Below the pieces are notes generated by a model. It was given only the letters and a program-made list of their open reading frames with translations. It was not told where the DNA came from and searched no databases. A DNA stretch of 64,000 bases, from IMG/VR virus record IMGVR_UViG_3300017991_000049, positions 128,001 through 192,000 of that record; one strand, given 5' to 3'. This document shows, in pieces, positions 34,840 to 44,999 of this stretch. The position numbers and the translations under genes are program-made. The stretch's first letter is position 1; the number at the start of each line of letters is the position of its first letter. The DNA comes from a virus.

Positions 34840-35436
34840 TTATCGCGCTCGTAGTTTGATGTTCCTCGGGCGTCTGTTTTCGCGCTGCTCAAGCCGGGCG
34901 TTCCAGCCGAGCGGGTCGTCATCAGATTCCTTTGGCTTCTCTGCTACGCGTTTGCTTGCCGCTTCTCGGTCGCGGCCTATCTCTTCAACAAGGCCGGCTA
35001 CACGATCGAACAGCGTGGTGCTGCCGGTGCTGGCGCCTGCGATCAGCGGCTCCCGCGCTGGGTCTGCCTGCTGCAGCACCTCTTCCGTCGTGACGCCTTC
35101 TGCGGGCGGGTGATGCGAAACCTCAACCTCGTGGGTGCTGGTGATCTCCTGCCATATCTCGTCTATGTGTCGACGCTGCGCGTCTGCCATCCGATCGAAG
35201 AAGTCGCTGTTGTCCAGCTCTCCGCCAGACCGCGGCGGCGGTGGTGGTAGCAACGACGTAGGTAGTCGCGACGGACGCGACTGTATACGCGGTACACCGG
35301 ATAGGTCCAGCGGATCACGCCTCCAAACGCCGCCACCCCTGCGCACCTTCCAGGCAAGGACAGCCGCGACTACGATGGTCCCCAGGAAACAAATGCCGAA
35401 GACCATCAACGTGGTGAGCTGTCCGGCCGTGAACAT
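34840..35436 (-). CDS. N-terminally membrane-anchored protein
   Basis: The N-terminus reads 'LMVFGICFLGTIVVAAVLAW'. Confidence 0.35.
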   Translation of the reverse strand: MFTAGQLTTLMVFGICFLGTIVVAAVLAWKVRRGGGVWRRDPLDLSGVPRIQSRPSRLPTSLLPPPPPRSGGELDNSDFFDRMADAQRRHIDEIWQEITSTHEVEVSHHPPAEGVTTEEVLQQADPAREPLIAGASTGSTTLFDRVAGLVEEIGRDREAASKRVAEKPKESDDDPLGWNARLEQRENRRPRNIKLRAR

Positions 35437-35898
35437 CTATGTCGCAGGTCCACGCATGAACGGCTCGGGCTGGTCGCCAGTTACGGCTACCGCCTCGGTC
35501 GACGTTACGCCCTGTTGACCCCGTACGCTGCGGCCTTGTGTCACATGGTACGTATCGGTCTGTTCTAGTGCGCCAGGTGCCTCAACCGTCTGGGGCACCA
35601 GCGCTACGTCGAAACCGCCGGCCAACGTCACACCAAAGCCCTGTGCAAGCATGATATGTGTCTGCGGCGGATGATCGAGCAGGAACTGGCGACTGGCTTC
35701 GAGGAAGTGCTTGATACCGGCACGCGCCGCCATCTTCTCCTCGTGCGTCTCCAGCGTGGCGTCGAGTTCGTCCAGTGGCGCTTCGCGCGCTGGCTCACCC
35801 GGGGCTCCCAGCTCCTTCTTCTGGTACTGATCCAGCAAGAACTCCAGCAACTCCTTCGGTTCGCTCGTTGGCATCGGATGCCTCCTGATATTCTGCAA
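35437..35898 (-). CDS. Hypothetical protein
   Basis: The ORF overlaps the 3' end of the next gene, so its start is uncertain. Confidence 0.35.
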   Translation of the reverse strand: MQNIRRHPMPTSEPKELLEFLLDQYQKKELGAPGEPAREAPLDELDATLETHEEKMAARAGIKHFLEASRQFLLDHPPQTHIMLAQGFGVTLAGGFDVALVPQTVEAPGALEQTDTYHVTQGRSVRGQQGVTSTEAVAVTGDQPEPFMRGPAT

Positions 35899-36364
35899 CG
35901 GTAGCGTCCCACTCTTCCACCTCTTCCGGTGTGATGAGACACTGATTCTTAGGCGTGACCAGCCGACCGAGTTTGTCGACGGCGTAGATGAACTTGGGTT
36001 CGGCCTTAATGTTGGCCATGCCCTGCAAGACTGTCGTCTTGAGCTCGTCCGGGTCGCCTTCCATGAAGGCCATCAGTTGTGACGGATTGGGGGTGAAACC
36101 CCACTGCTTGACGAATGCCACAACAGCAGCCTTCTGTTCGTCGGTGTACTGTGACGCCAACGTCTTGTACGGATTCACGACGGGCGGTGGCGGCGGTTCT
36201 GGCCGTCCACAGCAGCGCTTGAACTTCTGGCCGGAACCACAAGGGCAGCGTGCGTTCCTGCGTGTAGCTGGCGCCTGATTACGGATAGGCGCCAGCTTGG
36301 TCCGTTCGGGCTTGCGCCCAGGCTTACGACCGTAGGTGGCCGTATTTCGACGTTTCGACATCAC
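35795..36364 (-). CDS. SEC-C motif (CPCGSGxKxKxCCG) zinc-binding protein
   Basis: The product contains 'RNARCPCGSGQKFKRCCG'. Confidence 0.45.
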   Translation of the reverse strand: MMSKRRNTATYGRKPGRKPERTKLAPIRNQAPATRRNARCPCGSGQKFKRCCGRPEPPPPPVVNPYKTLASQYTDEQKAAVVAFVKQWGFTPNPSQLMAFMEGDPDELKTTVLQGMANIKAEPKFIYAVDKLGRLVTPKNQCLITPEEVEEWDATVAEYQEASDANERTEGVAGVLAGSVPEEGAGSPG

Positions 36365-37014
36365 TACAGCAGGTCGGGTTCCTGCTCCTCCTCGGGCTCG
36401 TCGTCCTGGGTATCGACACCCGTCGTGTCAGGATCGACATTGACTTCTGGTACCTCGACCGGCGTACCCCACGGACGGGGGAACTCAGCTGTTTCTTCAG
36501 CCTCGTCGACTGTCACCGCATTGGCGGCGGCGCCGCGAACACTATCGGCCGCCTGCTCAGCGTCGACCTCGGCTACCGGACGGTTCGACTCGATGGCCCG
36601 GTCAAAGCCGACTGGGGCCAGTTCGCCGTCGCCGACCAATGGATCGACCTCGACCGGCGGCTCGGCTGTCTCGGGGACGTTGGCTGTGGCCGGCGGGACC
36701 AGTGGCGTGAGTGGTTCGGCCTGCTTACCCAGCGGCACGCGGTCCTTATCCGGTATGTCGATACCGAGCTTGTCCGCGAGCGAGAGCACCTCACCAGGTG
36801 CTGGGCGCTTTGGGCGTAACACCTTGGGGCGGCGCGCTGCGGGTCTTCCGCGACCGTGGCGGCCAGCTGTGGCGTCGGTGATGCGGCCCTCGGCCTTCTG
36901 TTTGGCGTAATCTAAGCGATGATCGATCTGATTCTTGATAGGCATTTCAGTGGTCTCTCTGAACAAGGAAGACGGAGGGCCCGCCAATCGGGCCCTCCGT
37001 AGGTCTCCCATCAT
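36364..37014 (-). CDS. Hypothetical acidic protein
   Basis: The ORF is well defined. Confidence 0.4.
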   Translation of the reverse strand: MMGDLRRARLAGPPSSLFRETTEMPIKNQIDHRLDYAKQKAEGRITDATAGRHGRGRPAARRPKVLRPKRPAPGEVLSLADKLGIDIPDKDRVPLGKQAEPLTPLVPPATANVPETAEPPVEVDPLVGDGELAPVGFDRAIESNRPVAEVDAEQAADSVRGAAANAVTVDEAEETAEFPRPWGTPVEVPEVNVDPDTTGVDTQDDEPEEEQEPDLL

Positions 37015-37045
37015 CCTCTTACATTACACATCTGGCGTCAACCGC

Positions 37046-37363
37046 TTACTCGAGGAGAACGCGCACGCGCGGCCGGACGACAATGACTTGCCGCGGCACT
37101 CGTACGACAGGCGTCCGTACGACGACTCCAGGCCTTGTGATTACTCTGTACACACATCGCGGGGCTACTGTAACAATACGGCGCGGCGCAACCACAACGC
37201 CGCCGACAGCCACCTCCGCAGGCTGCTGTGGGGCTCGGAATTGAGGCGCTACGATCACATTGGGTACAGTCACTTCGACCTCTGCGGACTGCGCTGGCGG
37301 CGCGCATGCCACGGCGCACAGCCCAGTCAGCAACACAACGAAAACGAGGGTCCAAAAACGCAT
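37046..37363 (-). CDS. Sec-signal secreted Val/Pro/Arg-rich small protein
   Basis: The N-terminus reads 'MRFWTLVFVVLLTGLCAVACAPPAQSAE'. Confidence 0.35.
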   Translation of the reverse strand: MRFWTLVFVVLLTGLCAVACAPPAQSAEVEVTVPNVIVAPQFRAPQQPAEVAVGGVVVAPRRIVTVAPRCVYRVITRPGVVVRTPVVRVPRQVIVVRPRVRVLLE

Positions 37364-37375
37364 CGAGATCTCCTT

Positions 37376-38425
37376 CTAGCGTTGGAGTTCCGTCCATCCT
37401 GCCGCAAATTGCTTTCTGCGGTTCAACAGTCCGATGGACGCTTGCTTCTTCATCTTGACGATAAGTGCTCGGTCCTGCAAGGTGGACACGAGCGTATCCG
37501 CGAATTCCCTATAACCGGATATCACCTCCGGCACGCCAAGCCAGTTCTCCTTGGTCTTGGCTGGTACGAGCACGGAGTTCTTCCAGGATTTCAGGAATTC
37601 GTTTTGTGGGCGCATGTCCCACGAGAGCACGGGCGCACCCATGCACAACGAGTTCAGGCCGATAAGCCCGAAGCTCTCAAATCTGGACGCCCAAACGGTC
37701 AGGTCAGCCCGTGCGAACAGCATAAGCCTGTGCAAGATATTCGGATGGAGGACAAGCACGACTCTGTCACCGAACTGCTTACGTAGGTCTTTCACTATAC
37801 GCTTGGAAGACAATGACCATTTGCGTCCACAGGCAATCATCACGTTCGCGTGCGGTACCTCCGCCAATGTCCTGTGCATCATGTCGAATATCGCCTGATC
37901 GCTTCTTTGCGGTTGCGTATCATAGAGCGGGAAGTAGACACACAGGTTGTTGTGCGGTTCGTCGGTGTTCCTGCGAGAGATTGGGACAGGCACGTCCCAG
38001 GGCATCATGATCGGTGTAGTGCTGTCTAGCTGCCAATGCCGCTGGAGCGCATGACCGACACAACGATACGGGATGATGATCTTATCGAATGCGAGCACCG
38101 TGGCTGCGTCATTGGGTGTGAGTCGCTCCCACTCGATAAGCAGCGCGGTTTCAACGTCCAGGTGCTTGATGCGCCGCAGTTCGCGCTTCCTGGGCACGTG
38201 TGTCCAGATGATACGGCTGCAACGCTGTGCCCACTTGAGCAAGCGCTGTTGCCGCGCGCTGACTACTGCAGAATCCCAGACGCGGGCTACTTCACGACGT
38301 ACGACGCCCTTACCGTAGATGGTAGACGGCAGACCTTGATCCCTGGCCCTCTCGGCCAAATGGACCGCAGCATGCGCAACTTCGTGCTGCTGGTATCGGG
38401 TTATGATCCCGAGCCTGTCTGCCAT
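37376..38425 (-). CDS. GT-B fold (GT4-like) glycosyltransferase
   Basis: The C-terminal 'LTVWASRFESFGLIGLNSLCMGAPVLSWD' resembles the GT4 E-x7-E region. Confidence 0.5.
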   Translation of the reverse strand: MADRLGIITRYQQHEVAHAAVHLAERARDQGLPSTIYGKGVVRREVARVWDSAVVSARQQRLLKWAQRCSRIIWTHVPRKRELRRIKHLDVETALLIEWERLTPNDAATVLAFDKIIIPYRCVGHALQRHWQLDSTTPIMMPWDVPVPISRRNTDEPHNNLCVYFPLYDTQPQRSDQAIFDMMHRTLAEVPHANVMIACGRKWSLSSKRIVKDLRKQFGDRVVLVLHPNILHRLMLFARADLTVWASRFESFGLIGLNSLCMGAPVLSWDMRPQNEFLKSWKNSVLVPAKTKENWLGVPEVISGYREFADTLVSTLQDRALIVKMKKQASIGLLNRRKQFAAGWTELQR

Positions 38426-38470
38426 GTGGATTGTCCGATAGGTCGTCGTTCATCGTCCTTGAGCCTTAGG

Positions 38471-40486
38471 TTACATCATGGGCATGCCACCCATGGGCTG
38501 ACCGCCCATCGGCGGTGGGGCCATGCTTCCTTGCTGGCCCGCCATTGCAGCCTCCTGGCCCATCTGCCTGCCACGAGCTTCGGACTGCGAGTCCATCTGC
38601 TCCAGCAGCGACTTGACCAGGCTGTGGATCGTCGGATTACGCTGCTTGAGCTGTCGCAGCGCAGATTGCCGCTGGCCGCCAGGCATAGCGTAAATCTGCT
38701 GAGCAATGGTCTGTGCAATGGATTCCAGTTCTGGCGGGGTGAGCCCCTGCTCGTTGCCCATAGGCAGCTGCGCCATGACCGCCTGGACCGGATCCATCGG
38801 CATCGCTGCCTGATCCGGTGACGGTGCCTCGCCACCCATAGGTGCGGCACCACCGGCTGCTCCGGGCTGGACCGGCGGCACCACGCCACCAGCACCTGGC
38901 CCAGGCATAGCGCCCATGGCCGCAGGATCGCCCCCAGCGGCTCCTGGGCCGCCTGCGCCCATTGCCAGTTGATCGCCCAGTCCGCTCGCTTCGAGCTCCT
39001 CCTGGGCCTTCTGGGACTCCTCAGCGACGAATTTCTGCTCCTCCAGCATGCGCTTCTGCTCGTCCTCGAATACCAGGCCCACGCCTCTGCGAAGGCCGGT
39101 AGTCTGGGAGACCTGGCCACCCATCATCAGCTGCAGGACAGCCAACTGACGGTTCAGGTCGTCTGCGTGGCTCGGGCGCGCTAGCCGGGCGGTCACCTCG
39201 TCCCAGCTGAGCGCCACCGAGATCTTGTTGCAGATCCACTGGAGGTAGTTGTTCAGCATGTAGGTCAGGTGGCTCCAGTGACTCTCCATGAGCCGCAGGG
39301 CCGCGGGCGCAGCCTGTACAGTGAGATCGCCCTTGTAGAACTGCACAGGGATACCTACCGAAGACAGCAGCGTGTCGAGCGCCTGGTCCATGAGCTGGTA
39401 GGGTGCCAACTGGCTGGCCTCACCACCGAGCGCCTGGTAGCGCACCGGGAACGGCAGCGTGAACCACGTGGTCGGGTCTTGCCGCCGCTGCCGCAGCATG
39501 GAATTGACCTGCCCAGTGAAACCGCCGAGATCGGCAGTGAACAGCGGGTCTGTCATCTCACCGCCGCCTGCTCCGCCGCCCGGCCGAGGCTCGGGGGTCA
39601 GCACGCGGAACGGGATGATATAGTCGAGGCCGATTGCCTCGTTGTATCGGTGCAGTACCTGGAGATACCAGGCCTGCCGGAAGTTGGTCAGCACGCGGCT
39701 GATGCCCCAGCCTTTGTTCAGTACACCAGCAAGGGTATCCTCCTTGCCATGGTAGATCACGTCCTTGTTGAACTCGATGTGCGTGTTGTTCTTGACAGCC
39801 TGCACAACCTCCCACGGAGCGCGCTCCAAATGGAAGAGGGTACCTCTGGTGATGTACTGCTTGTAATGCTGCGGGATGCGCCAGATGTGTCCGACCTCGT
39901 CGGTATACGGATCCCAGGCGAGTTCCATCTCGTGCGGGCTCCAGCGCTTGATGATCAGATCGTCTTCCTCGTGGGAGCGGCGGTCGATGTGCGTCCACTT
40001 GCCGTGGTAGTTGCAGAATGGGCAATGCGCACGGAACTCTGAGCCCTGCCACGTGTAGCTGAACTTCTCGTTGCCGTGGATCTGGCGCAGGGGCGCCTCG
40101 AACCCACAGCCCGGGCACGAGAGGTTGCGCCGGAACGGGATCACGACCGATCCGAAGAAGTTGCCGTAGGTGCAGTAGTCGAGCGCGGCCTGCCGCAGCT
40201 CTGTATGGATTCCCAACGTGTTGTTCAGGAAGTCGAGATACTTCTCCTTCCCGTCACGGTCAGTGCCGTCGATTTCGACCTCAGTGATGAAGTACGAGAT
40301 CACCCGGTCTACTGCAGACCGGTAGACACCGTTTGCCAACATGATGTATTCGCACCACCGCATAGCGTTCTGCAGTGAGCTGGGCATCGCTGTCGAGGCA
40401 TAGTCACAGAATGGGTCCGGGAATGGCTCGACGTTTTGCGAACCGAGATTGGCCCCACCCGTGAAGTTGGGAATCAGATACGACAT
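38471..40486 (-). CDS. Large virion-morphogenesis protein (portal candidate) with zinc ribbon and disordered Gly/Ala/Pro/Met tail
   Basis: The 671-aa product has 'CPGCGF…CPFCNYHG'. The C-terminal 200 aa are low-complexity. Its position is downstream of a possible terminase. Confidence 0.35.
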   Translation of the reverse strand: MSYLIPNFTGGANLGSQNVEPFPDPFCDYASTAMPSSLQNAMRWCEYIMLANGVYRSAVDRVISYFITEVEIDGTDRDGKEKYLDFLNNTLGIHTELRQAALDYCTYGNFFGSVVIPFRRNLSCPGCGFEAPLRQIHGNEKFSYTWQGSEFRAHCPFCNYHGKWTHIDRRSHEEDDLIIKRWSPHEMELAWDPYTDEVGHIWRIPQHYKQYITRGTLFHLERAPWEVVQAVKNNTHIEFNKDVIYHGKEDTLAGVLNKGWGISRVLTNFRQAWYLQVLHRYNEAIGLDYIIPFRVLTPEPRPGGGAGGGEMTDPLFTADLGGFTGQVNSMLRQRRQDPTTWFTLPFPVRYQALGGEASQLAPYQLMDQALDTLLSSVGIPVQFYKGDLTVQAAPAALRLMESHWSHLTYMLNNYLQWICNKISVALSWDEVTARLARPSHADDLNRQLAVLQLMMGGQVSQTTGLRRGVGLVFEDEQKRMLEEQKFVAEESQKAQEELEASGLGDQLAMGAGGPGAAGGDPAAMGAMPGPGAGGVVPPVQPGAAGGAAPMGGEAPSPDQAAMPMDPVQAVMAQLPMGNEQGLTPPELESIAQTIAQQIYAMPGGQRQSALRQLKQRNPTIHSLVKSLLEQMDSQSEARGRQMGQEAAMAGQQGSMAPPPMGGQPMGGMPMM

Positions 40487-40739
40487 GGATCCGTCCTTGG
40501 ACTAGAGACTTGTCGACTTGCGGCAGACACGGCTCATCTTGACGACGGGGTCTTGGCTTTCGAGCCGCTCGATCTCCTCCTCTTCGGTACGGTCACTGGC
40601 CGTCTTCTCCGCCGGCTCAAGGTCCGGGGTCACCCCGGGCTTCACAACGGCTTGTTTTTCCATGGCAGCCCATCTCCTTATATCTGCGAGCGTCTGCTCG
40701 TTCAGTAACACGTCGTTCAACCCCATGATAGCAGTCTTT

Positions 40740-41813
40740 CTACGGCATGCCACCTGCAATCTCTGGCGTGGCAGCATTGGCAGCATACGGGGCCTCGCCC
40801 TTGATCAGGAATACTTGGAATTCCTGATCACCCAGCGGAAAGATGATATTCGGGTCCTGCACGAAGTAGATCGAGTCGCTTCCGGCGATGTGGACGGCGA
40901 TGTCCTTATCGGTAGACTGCAGCCTCGATCGTGGGTAGCCGACACAGCTGGTGTCGTAGACCAGCACCAACACGTGCTCCTCGCGCACCACGTCGTGATA
41001 CCAAGTCTCGATGGCTATCGGCGAGCCCGAAACCTCCAACGTTACCTTGAACGTCGGCGCGCCGCTGGCCTTAGCGTTGCCGACAGGGCGCATAGCCTGC
41101 GGCTGAGACCGCTGGTTGAACAGCGATGCCGGCGCCGTCTGTGGCTGCGGTGGTGGCGCAGGGGCGGGCGCTGGGGCCGGTGCGGGCGCGGCAGGCTGCG
41201 CAAACGCCGCCTGCTTCACAGGGCCCTGATGTGGATTTGGTGCGACAGGCGTCTGTACGACGGCGCGTGGTGCGGCATCCTGCGGACTAGGCGGCGCGCC
41301 TGGCGGTGCTACTGGTGGCGCGGGCGCGGCTATGTTTTGGTCCAACACTGCGTGCATCCCATCTTGCATGTTCGCTTCTCCTTGTGGCGCCAGCTGCTGG
41401 ACCTGATCGATCGCCACACGGCGATAGACCGAAGAGGCGCGATCGCGCAGGTCGTCGATCGAGACAGCTTGGCGTATCTGTGCGTTATTTGTGGCCTGGC
41501 TGACGACATCAGCCGATATCTTGGACATGTCAACGACGAATCCACCACCAGGTGCGTCGGGATCGATGTGCACTTCCTTCGCAGAGGCGTCACGCTCCCA
41601 GTTAGGCGGCGCACCGTCGATCGTGGAGCGTCCGACGACGAAGCCGGGGATCGTCTGCGGCAGTGCCACGGCCATTGTGGAGCCGCGGCCGACATGCTGC
41701 TGGGCTGCAAGATCGCGATATGCCGTTTCGGTGGGTGTCCCAAGCACGCTTGCCTGGTTCCAGAAATTGTTATCCATGATGTTCCTAGTGTAGCCGTCGG
41801 CCAGTGCTATCAT
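40740..41813 (-). CDS. Hypothetical protein with central Pro/Ala-rich linker
   Basis: An ATG at 41813 follows a GAGG ribosome-binding site. Confidence 0.4.
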   Translation of the reverse strand: MIALADGYTRNIMDNNFWNQASVLGTPTETAYRDLAAQQHVGRGSTMAVALPQTIPGFVVGRSTIDGAPPNWERDASAKEVHIDPDAPGGGFVVDMSKISADVVSQATNNAQIRQAVSIDDLRDRASSVYRRVAIDQVQQLAPQGEANMQDGMHAVLDQNIAAPAPPVAPPGAPPSPQDAAPRAVVQTPVAPNPHQGPVKQAAFAQPAAPAPAPAPAPAPPPQPQTAPASLFNQRSQPQAMRPVGNAKASGAPTFKVTLEVSGSPIAIETWYHDVVREEHVLVLVYDTSCVGYPRSRLQSTDKDIAVHIAGSDSIYFVQDPNIIFPLGDQEFQVFLIKGEAPYAANAATPEIAGGMP

Positions 41814-41832
41814 CAATAGCTAAATGAACCTC

Positions 41833-41852
41833 GGGGGCGCCGAAGCGCCCCC
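41833..41852 (-). other. Strong GC hairpin GGGGGCGC-TTCG-GCGCCCCC directly upstream of gene start
   Basis: This is a perfect 8-bp stem with no T-run. It is followed by the GAGG ribosome-binding site. Confidence 0.4.
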
Positions 41853-41892
41853 AAGGATCAATTTACACGGCTACAGAGCCCATTACCAGCAT

Positions 41893-42153
41893 CTACGCCA
41901 AGACGGCGTCGACATCGGCGGGGCACAGTTCCAGTTCGCGCAGATCCCATTCGCTGAGATCAGCTTTCAGAATCTCGTATTCCGTGACACTCTCTTGGAG
42001 CGCGTCAGGGTCTTCAGTTGCCCGCAGAGCAAGGACGGCCTCGCATACTGGGGTAAACTCGCAGGGTAAGTCAGGTATACGCCGCAGCGCCGCTTCACGT
42101 TCCGTTTCGTGCATAGCCGCAAGCGTCTCTTCCGTACTGACAAAGAGGCACAT
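41893..42153 (-). CDS. Small acidic hypothetical protein
   Basis: This is a short ORF. Confidence 0.3.
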   Translation of the reverse strand: MCLFVSTEETLAAMHETEREAALRRIPDLPCEFTPVCEAVLALRATEDPDALQESVTEYEILKADLSEWDLRELELCPADVDAVLA

Positions 42154-42157
42154 CCCA

Positions 42158-42442
42158 TTATCCTCCTGAGAACCAGGACGCGTCAGCGTCCGTATTAGCG
42201 AGTAAGTCTTCTAAGCTGATGTGGCAGAACCACAGATAGTCGGGAGCGCGCGCAGCTAGCATGGCCTTGCGAGACAGGGCCACTACCAGTTCGCCGTCAA
42301 CTGATGCGCGTATAGGCGCATGGACAGGAAAGTCCTTAGGCCAAAGTGGGAAGATCAGTGGCGCAGCGCTGTTTGCGTTCTCCAACCAGACGGTGACATC
42401 TCCGTCACCTACGAACGAGATTTTCCGGACTTCTTCGGGCAT
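42158..42442 (-). CDS. Small hypothetical protein
   Basis: This is a short ORF. Confidence 0.3.
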   Translation of the reverse strand: MPEEVRKISFVGDGDVTVWLENANSAAPLIFPLWPKDFPVHAPIRASVDGELVVALSRKAMLAARAPDYLWFCHISLEDLLANTDADASWFSGG

Positions 42443-43968
42443 GACTGGAACCGTGGGTTGATATCGTCGAACGAAACGTTCCAGGTGACGCCATCGCGGA
42501 TGCCTTGCAGGTCTTCTGCGAAGATACGCCGCCGTTGAAAATTGACGACCATGGGCACGAAGCGCACCGAGGTCTTCCGGAGAAACTCCGCAAGCGGCAT
42601 TTCCGCCGGCTCACGGCCAGTGAGCGTGTACTGCATGAACTCAGCGCCTTCCAGCGCCTCGTTACCTGCCGCATCGCGGGTGATCAGACCCATGTCTTCG
42701 ACACGCTTGCCATTGAGCGTCGACACTCCGCAAACGTCGATGACTGGGGTCAGGTCTTCAACCTCCGGTAAGGACGCCGGGTGCGTCTTCAACGCCTCCA
42801 CGTCGTACCGCTTGACCAGGTAGTCAGCACCGACGGCTACACCGGATACGCCGGTCAACTCGGTCCGTGCTTCGGTCGGAATATGGTCGGGGATGCCCAT
42901 TTCCGCAAACACCATGTAACCCTGCGGCCATGCGAAAGATCCACACGGACGCAGATGACGGTTAGCTCGGTGTCGTCTCTCCAAGTGGTACCTGAACGCC
43001 TCCTCCTCGCGGCCAGCGATGGTAGGATCGTCGATCAGGTCTGCCTTGGTGTGTCCAGCGCGTCCTGCGATATCGTCGAGCATCGCATCCTCGCGATACA
43101 CAACTATCTGCGCAAGCAACGCACGAATGGACGCAAGTGCCGTCCCCATAATGGCTTTATTCTCGAGATCGAGCCGTGCTCCGTGTGCAGCGCCGAAGTT
43201 CTCTGCCTTCAGGCCGGCGGCCGCACGCGACTCCTCGAGCTTCTTGCGATGGGCTTTGCAGATCTGATGCGCGTTACGCGAGTCCCGTGCTGACATTTTG
43301 ACACCGTGTGCTGGCATAAGCTTCCGCTTCTTTGCCGCGACCAACGAGTCGACTGTCTGCAGACCGGGCGTAAGCCATAGATCCTTCAGCCATCTGTTAC
43401 CCTCTGGTCCTCCCAGCTTCCATTGACCATCCTTGGTGAATGTCAACGCGTATCCGCGACACATGAATCGTTCCCCGAACAGATGGGTGACCACGTAATG
43501 GGTCTTACCGACATTGTCTGCGGGGCGATTCATTTTGACTGATCCCTTTGGAGGCATAGGGACCATCGCGACGAGGCCAAGAAGGTCCCGCTGCAGCTTG
43601 CGCACGCCGACCCGCACTAGGGCGGTCCAGCGGCACAAGTTCTGCAACGGCAGCGCCAACGAGACCGCCTGCTTTTCAACAACCTCTTCGAGTTCGAGGA
43701 TGTTGAGCAGCGGGAGTTGCGCCTCGCTTCGCGCGTGATTCACCTTCTGACAGAACAGGCGCACGGCCTGTAGGATTTCGGGACAACCGCGCTCGAAGAA
43801 TAGCTCCTTCGACCAGGCTGTGCCGTTGTTATAGGCGTCGAGCAGCTGGTCAGCCATACCTATGGCAGGCGCCGTAAACGTCTGTTCCTTAGGGGCCGCT
43901 GCTGTTTCTCGCACCTCTACGGCGGCTGTGTTGCCGCCCAGATTAAGCGTTTTGAGATCTTTTATCAC
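42409..43968 (-). CDS. Hypothetical large protein (terminase large subunit candidate)
   Basis: The 519-aa product has a possible deviant P-loop, 'PADNVGKT'. Its position is upstream of the portal candidate. Confidence 0.3.
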   Translation of the reverse strand: MIKDLKTLNLGGNTAAVEVRETAAAPKEQTFTAPAIGMADQLLDAYNNGTAWSKELFFERGCPEILQAVRLFCQKVNHARSEAQLPLLNILELEEVVEKQAVSLALPLQNLCRWTALVRVGVRKLQRDLLGLVAMVPMPPKGSVKMNRPADNVGKTHYVVTHLFGERFMCRGYALTFTKDGQWKLGGPEGNRWLKDLWLTPGLQTVDSLVAAKKRKLMPAHGVKMSARDSRNAHQICKAHRKKLEESRAAAGLKAENFGAAHGARLDLENKAIMGTALASIRALLAQIVVYREDAMLDDIAGRAGHTKADLIDDPTIAGREEEAFRYHLERRHRANRHLRPCGSFAWPQGYMVFAEMGIPDHIPTEARTELTGVSGVAVGADYLVKRYDVEALKTHPASLPEVEDLTPVIDVCGVSTLNGKRVEDMGLITRDAAGNEALEGAEFMQYTLTGREPAEMPLAEFLRKTSVRFVPMVVNFQRRRIFAEDLQGIRDGVTWNVSFDDINPRFQSCPKKSGKSRS

Positions 43969-44281
43969 TCGGGCTCCAGTTGTCTGACTCTACTGGAATT
44001 CTGAACGTAGGTCTTCTGCGCCTGGCGACGAAACGACGACGGGCAGTGCCCGCCTTGTCGTCGCGTACAAAGGTGTGCATACCAAAGATGCGTAGATGCG
44101 GGCGCATGACCTGCCATAACTCAGCAGAGACTAGCTCGTAAGGACGCCCACTGGGCGTATGGGCCAGTCTCTCCGTGCCGGGGAAATCGTACTCGTAGAC
44201 TATCTTGCGTCCGCCATTTGGCAACGCAGGTGTCTTGTGTACGAGACCACGGCGCACATTCAATGGGAGATGATCAAGCAT
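43943..44281 (-). CDS. Small basic protein
   Basis: This is a short ORF. Confidence 0.3.
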   Translation of the reverse strand: MLDHLPLNVRRGLVHKTPALPNGGRKIVYEYDFPGTERLAHTPSGRPYELVSAELWQVMRPHLRIFGMHTFVRDDKAGTARRRFVARRRRPTFRIPVESDNWSPSDKRSQNA

Positions 44282-44378
44282 TCATTAGGGTCCTCCCTCT
44301 ACAGCAGTCAACAGAAAAAGGCGCCAAGACCACATAGTCTTGACACCTTATAATGCCGCGTTCTGCAGTAGCGTAAAG

Positions 44379-44996
44379 CTACGCTATTTCCGGGTCTTCG
44401 CCCGGAGGCGCAGCCTCCTCGCCTACGATCGGCGGGACGACTTCCACTTCGGCATCTTCTGCCGGTGGTGCGAGCGTGTCTTCCGGCTCGGCGTCTTCCT
44501 CAGGCGGGCCTGTGTCGTAGGCGTCATCAGGACGGCCGATCACGACGTCGTCGAGATTCGGTCTGTCGTCCATCAGGCCAGTTTGATCGAGATACGGTTC
44601 GATTTCGCCGCCCTCGATCGGGGTGAGCTGGCGTCCGTCGAACAGCTGCCATGTACGCCCCTTCTGGATCTGATAGCGCTGTCCGCAGAACATATGCAAG
44701 AAGTACGTGTTATCCCGCTCTGCGTTATGCTTGGCGCGGATGTCAGCGATCAGCTTGCACAGCTCATCTACAGATTCAAACTCCGAAACGGTAGGCGCAG
44801 CACCGCCTACGACGCCCCAGACAGCCCAGATTCGGCCGCGGAAGTCGCTTTTCAGCATGTCGTCAATGAGTGTGAAGACATGCTTCAAGCGCCCGACGAT
44901 GGCCATTGTTGCTGCAGGCGTCATCTGGTCGGCCGTAGGTTGTTGGGGCGCAGACGGAGTCTCAGTCGTCACGAGTTTGTCTGGTTGTTCGGTCAT
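44379..44996 (-). CDS. Hypothetical protein with acidic C-terminus
   Basis: The ORF is well defined. Confidence 0.4.
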   Translation of the reverse strand: MTEQPDKLVTTETPSAPQQPTADQMTPAATMAIVGRLKHVFTLIDDMLKSDFRGRIWAVWGVVGGAAPTVSEFESVDELCKLIADIRAKHNAERDNTYFLHMFCGQRYQIQKGRTWQLFDGRQLTPIEGGEIEPYLDQTGLMDDRPNLDDVVIGRPDDAYDTGPPEEDAEPEDTLAPPAEDAEVEVVPPIVGEEAAPPGEDPEIA

Positions 44997-44999
44997 CGA

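Noticed and set aside
40518-41819. Long plus-strand ORFs (for example 40518..41819, 57381..58373, 60223..61263, 61587..63074)
   Set aside because: They lie antisense to well-supported minus-strand genes with recognisable domains. They are Arg/Leu-rich, as expected for GC-rich antisense frames, and have no ribosome-binding site or motif support.
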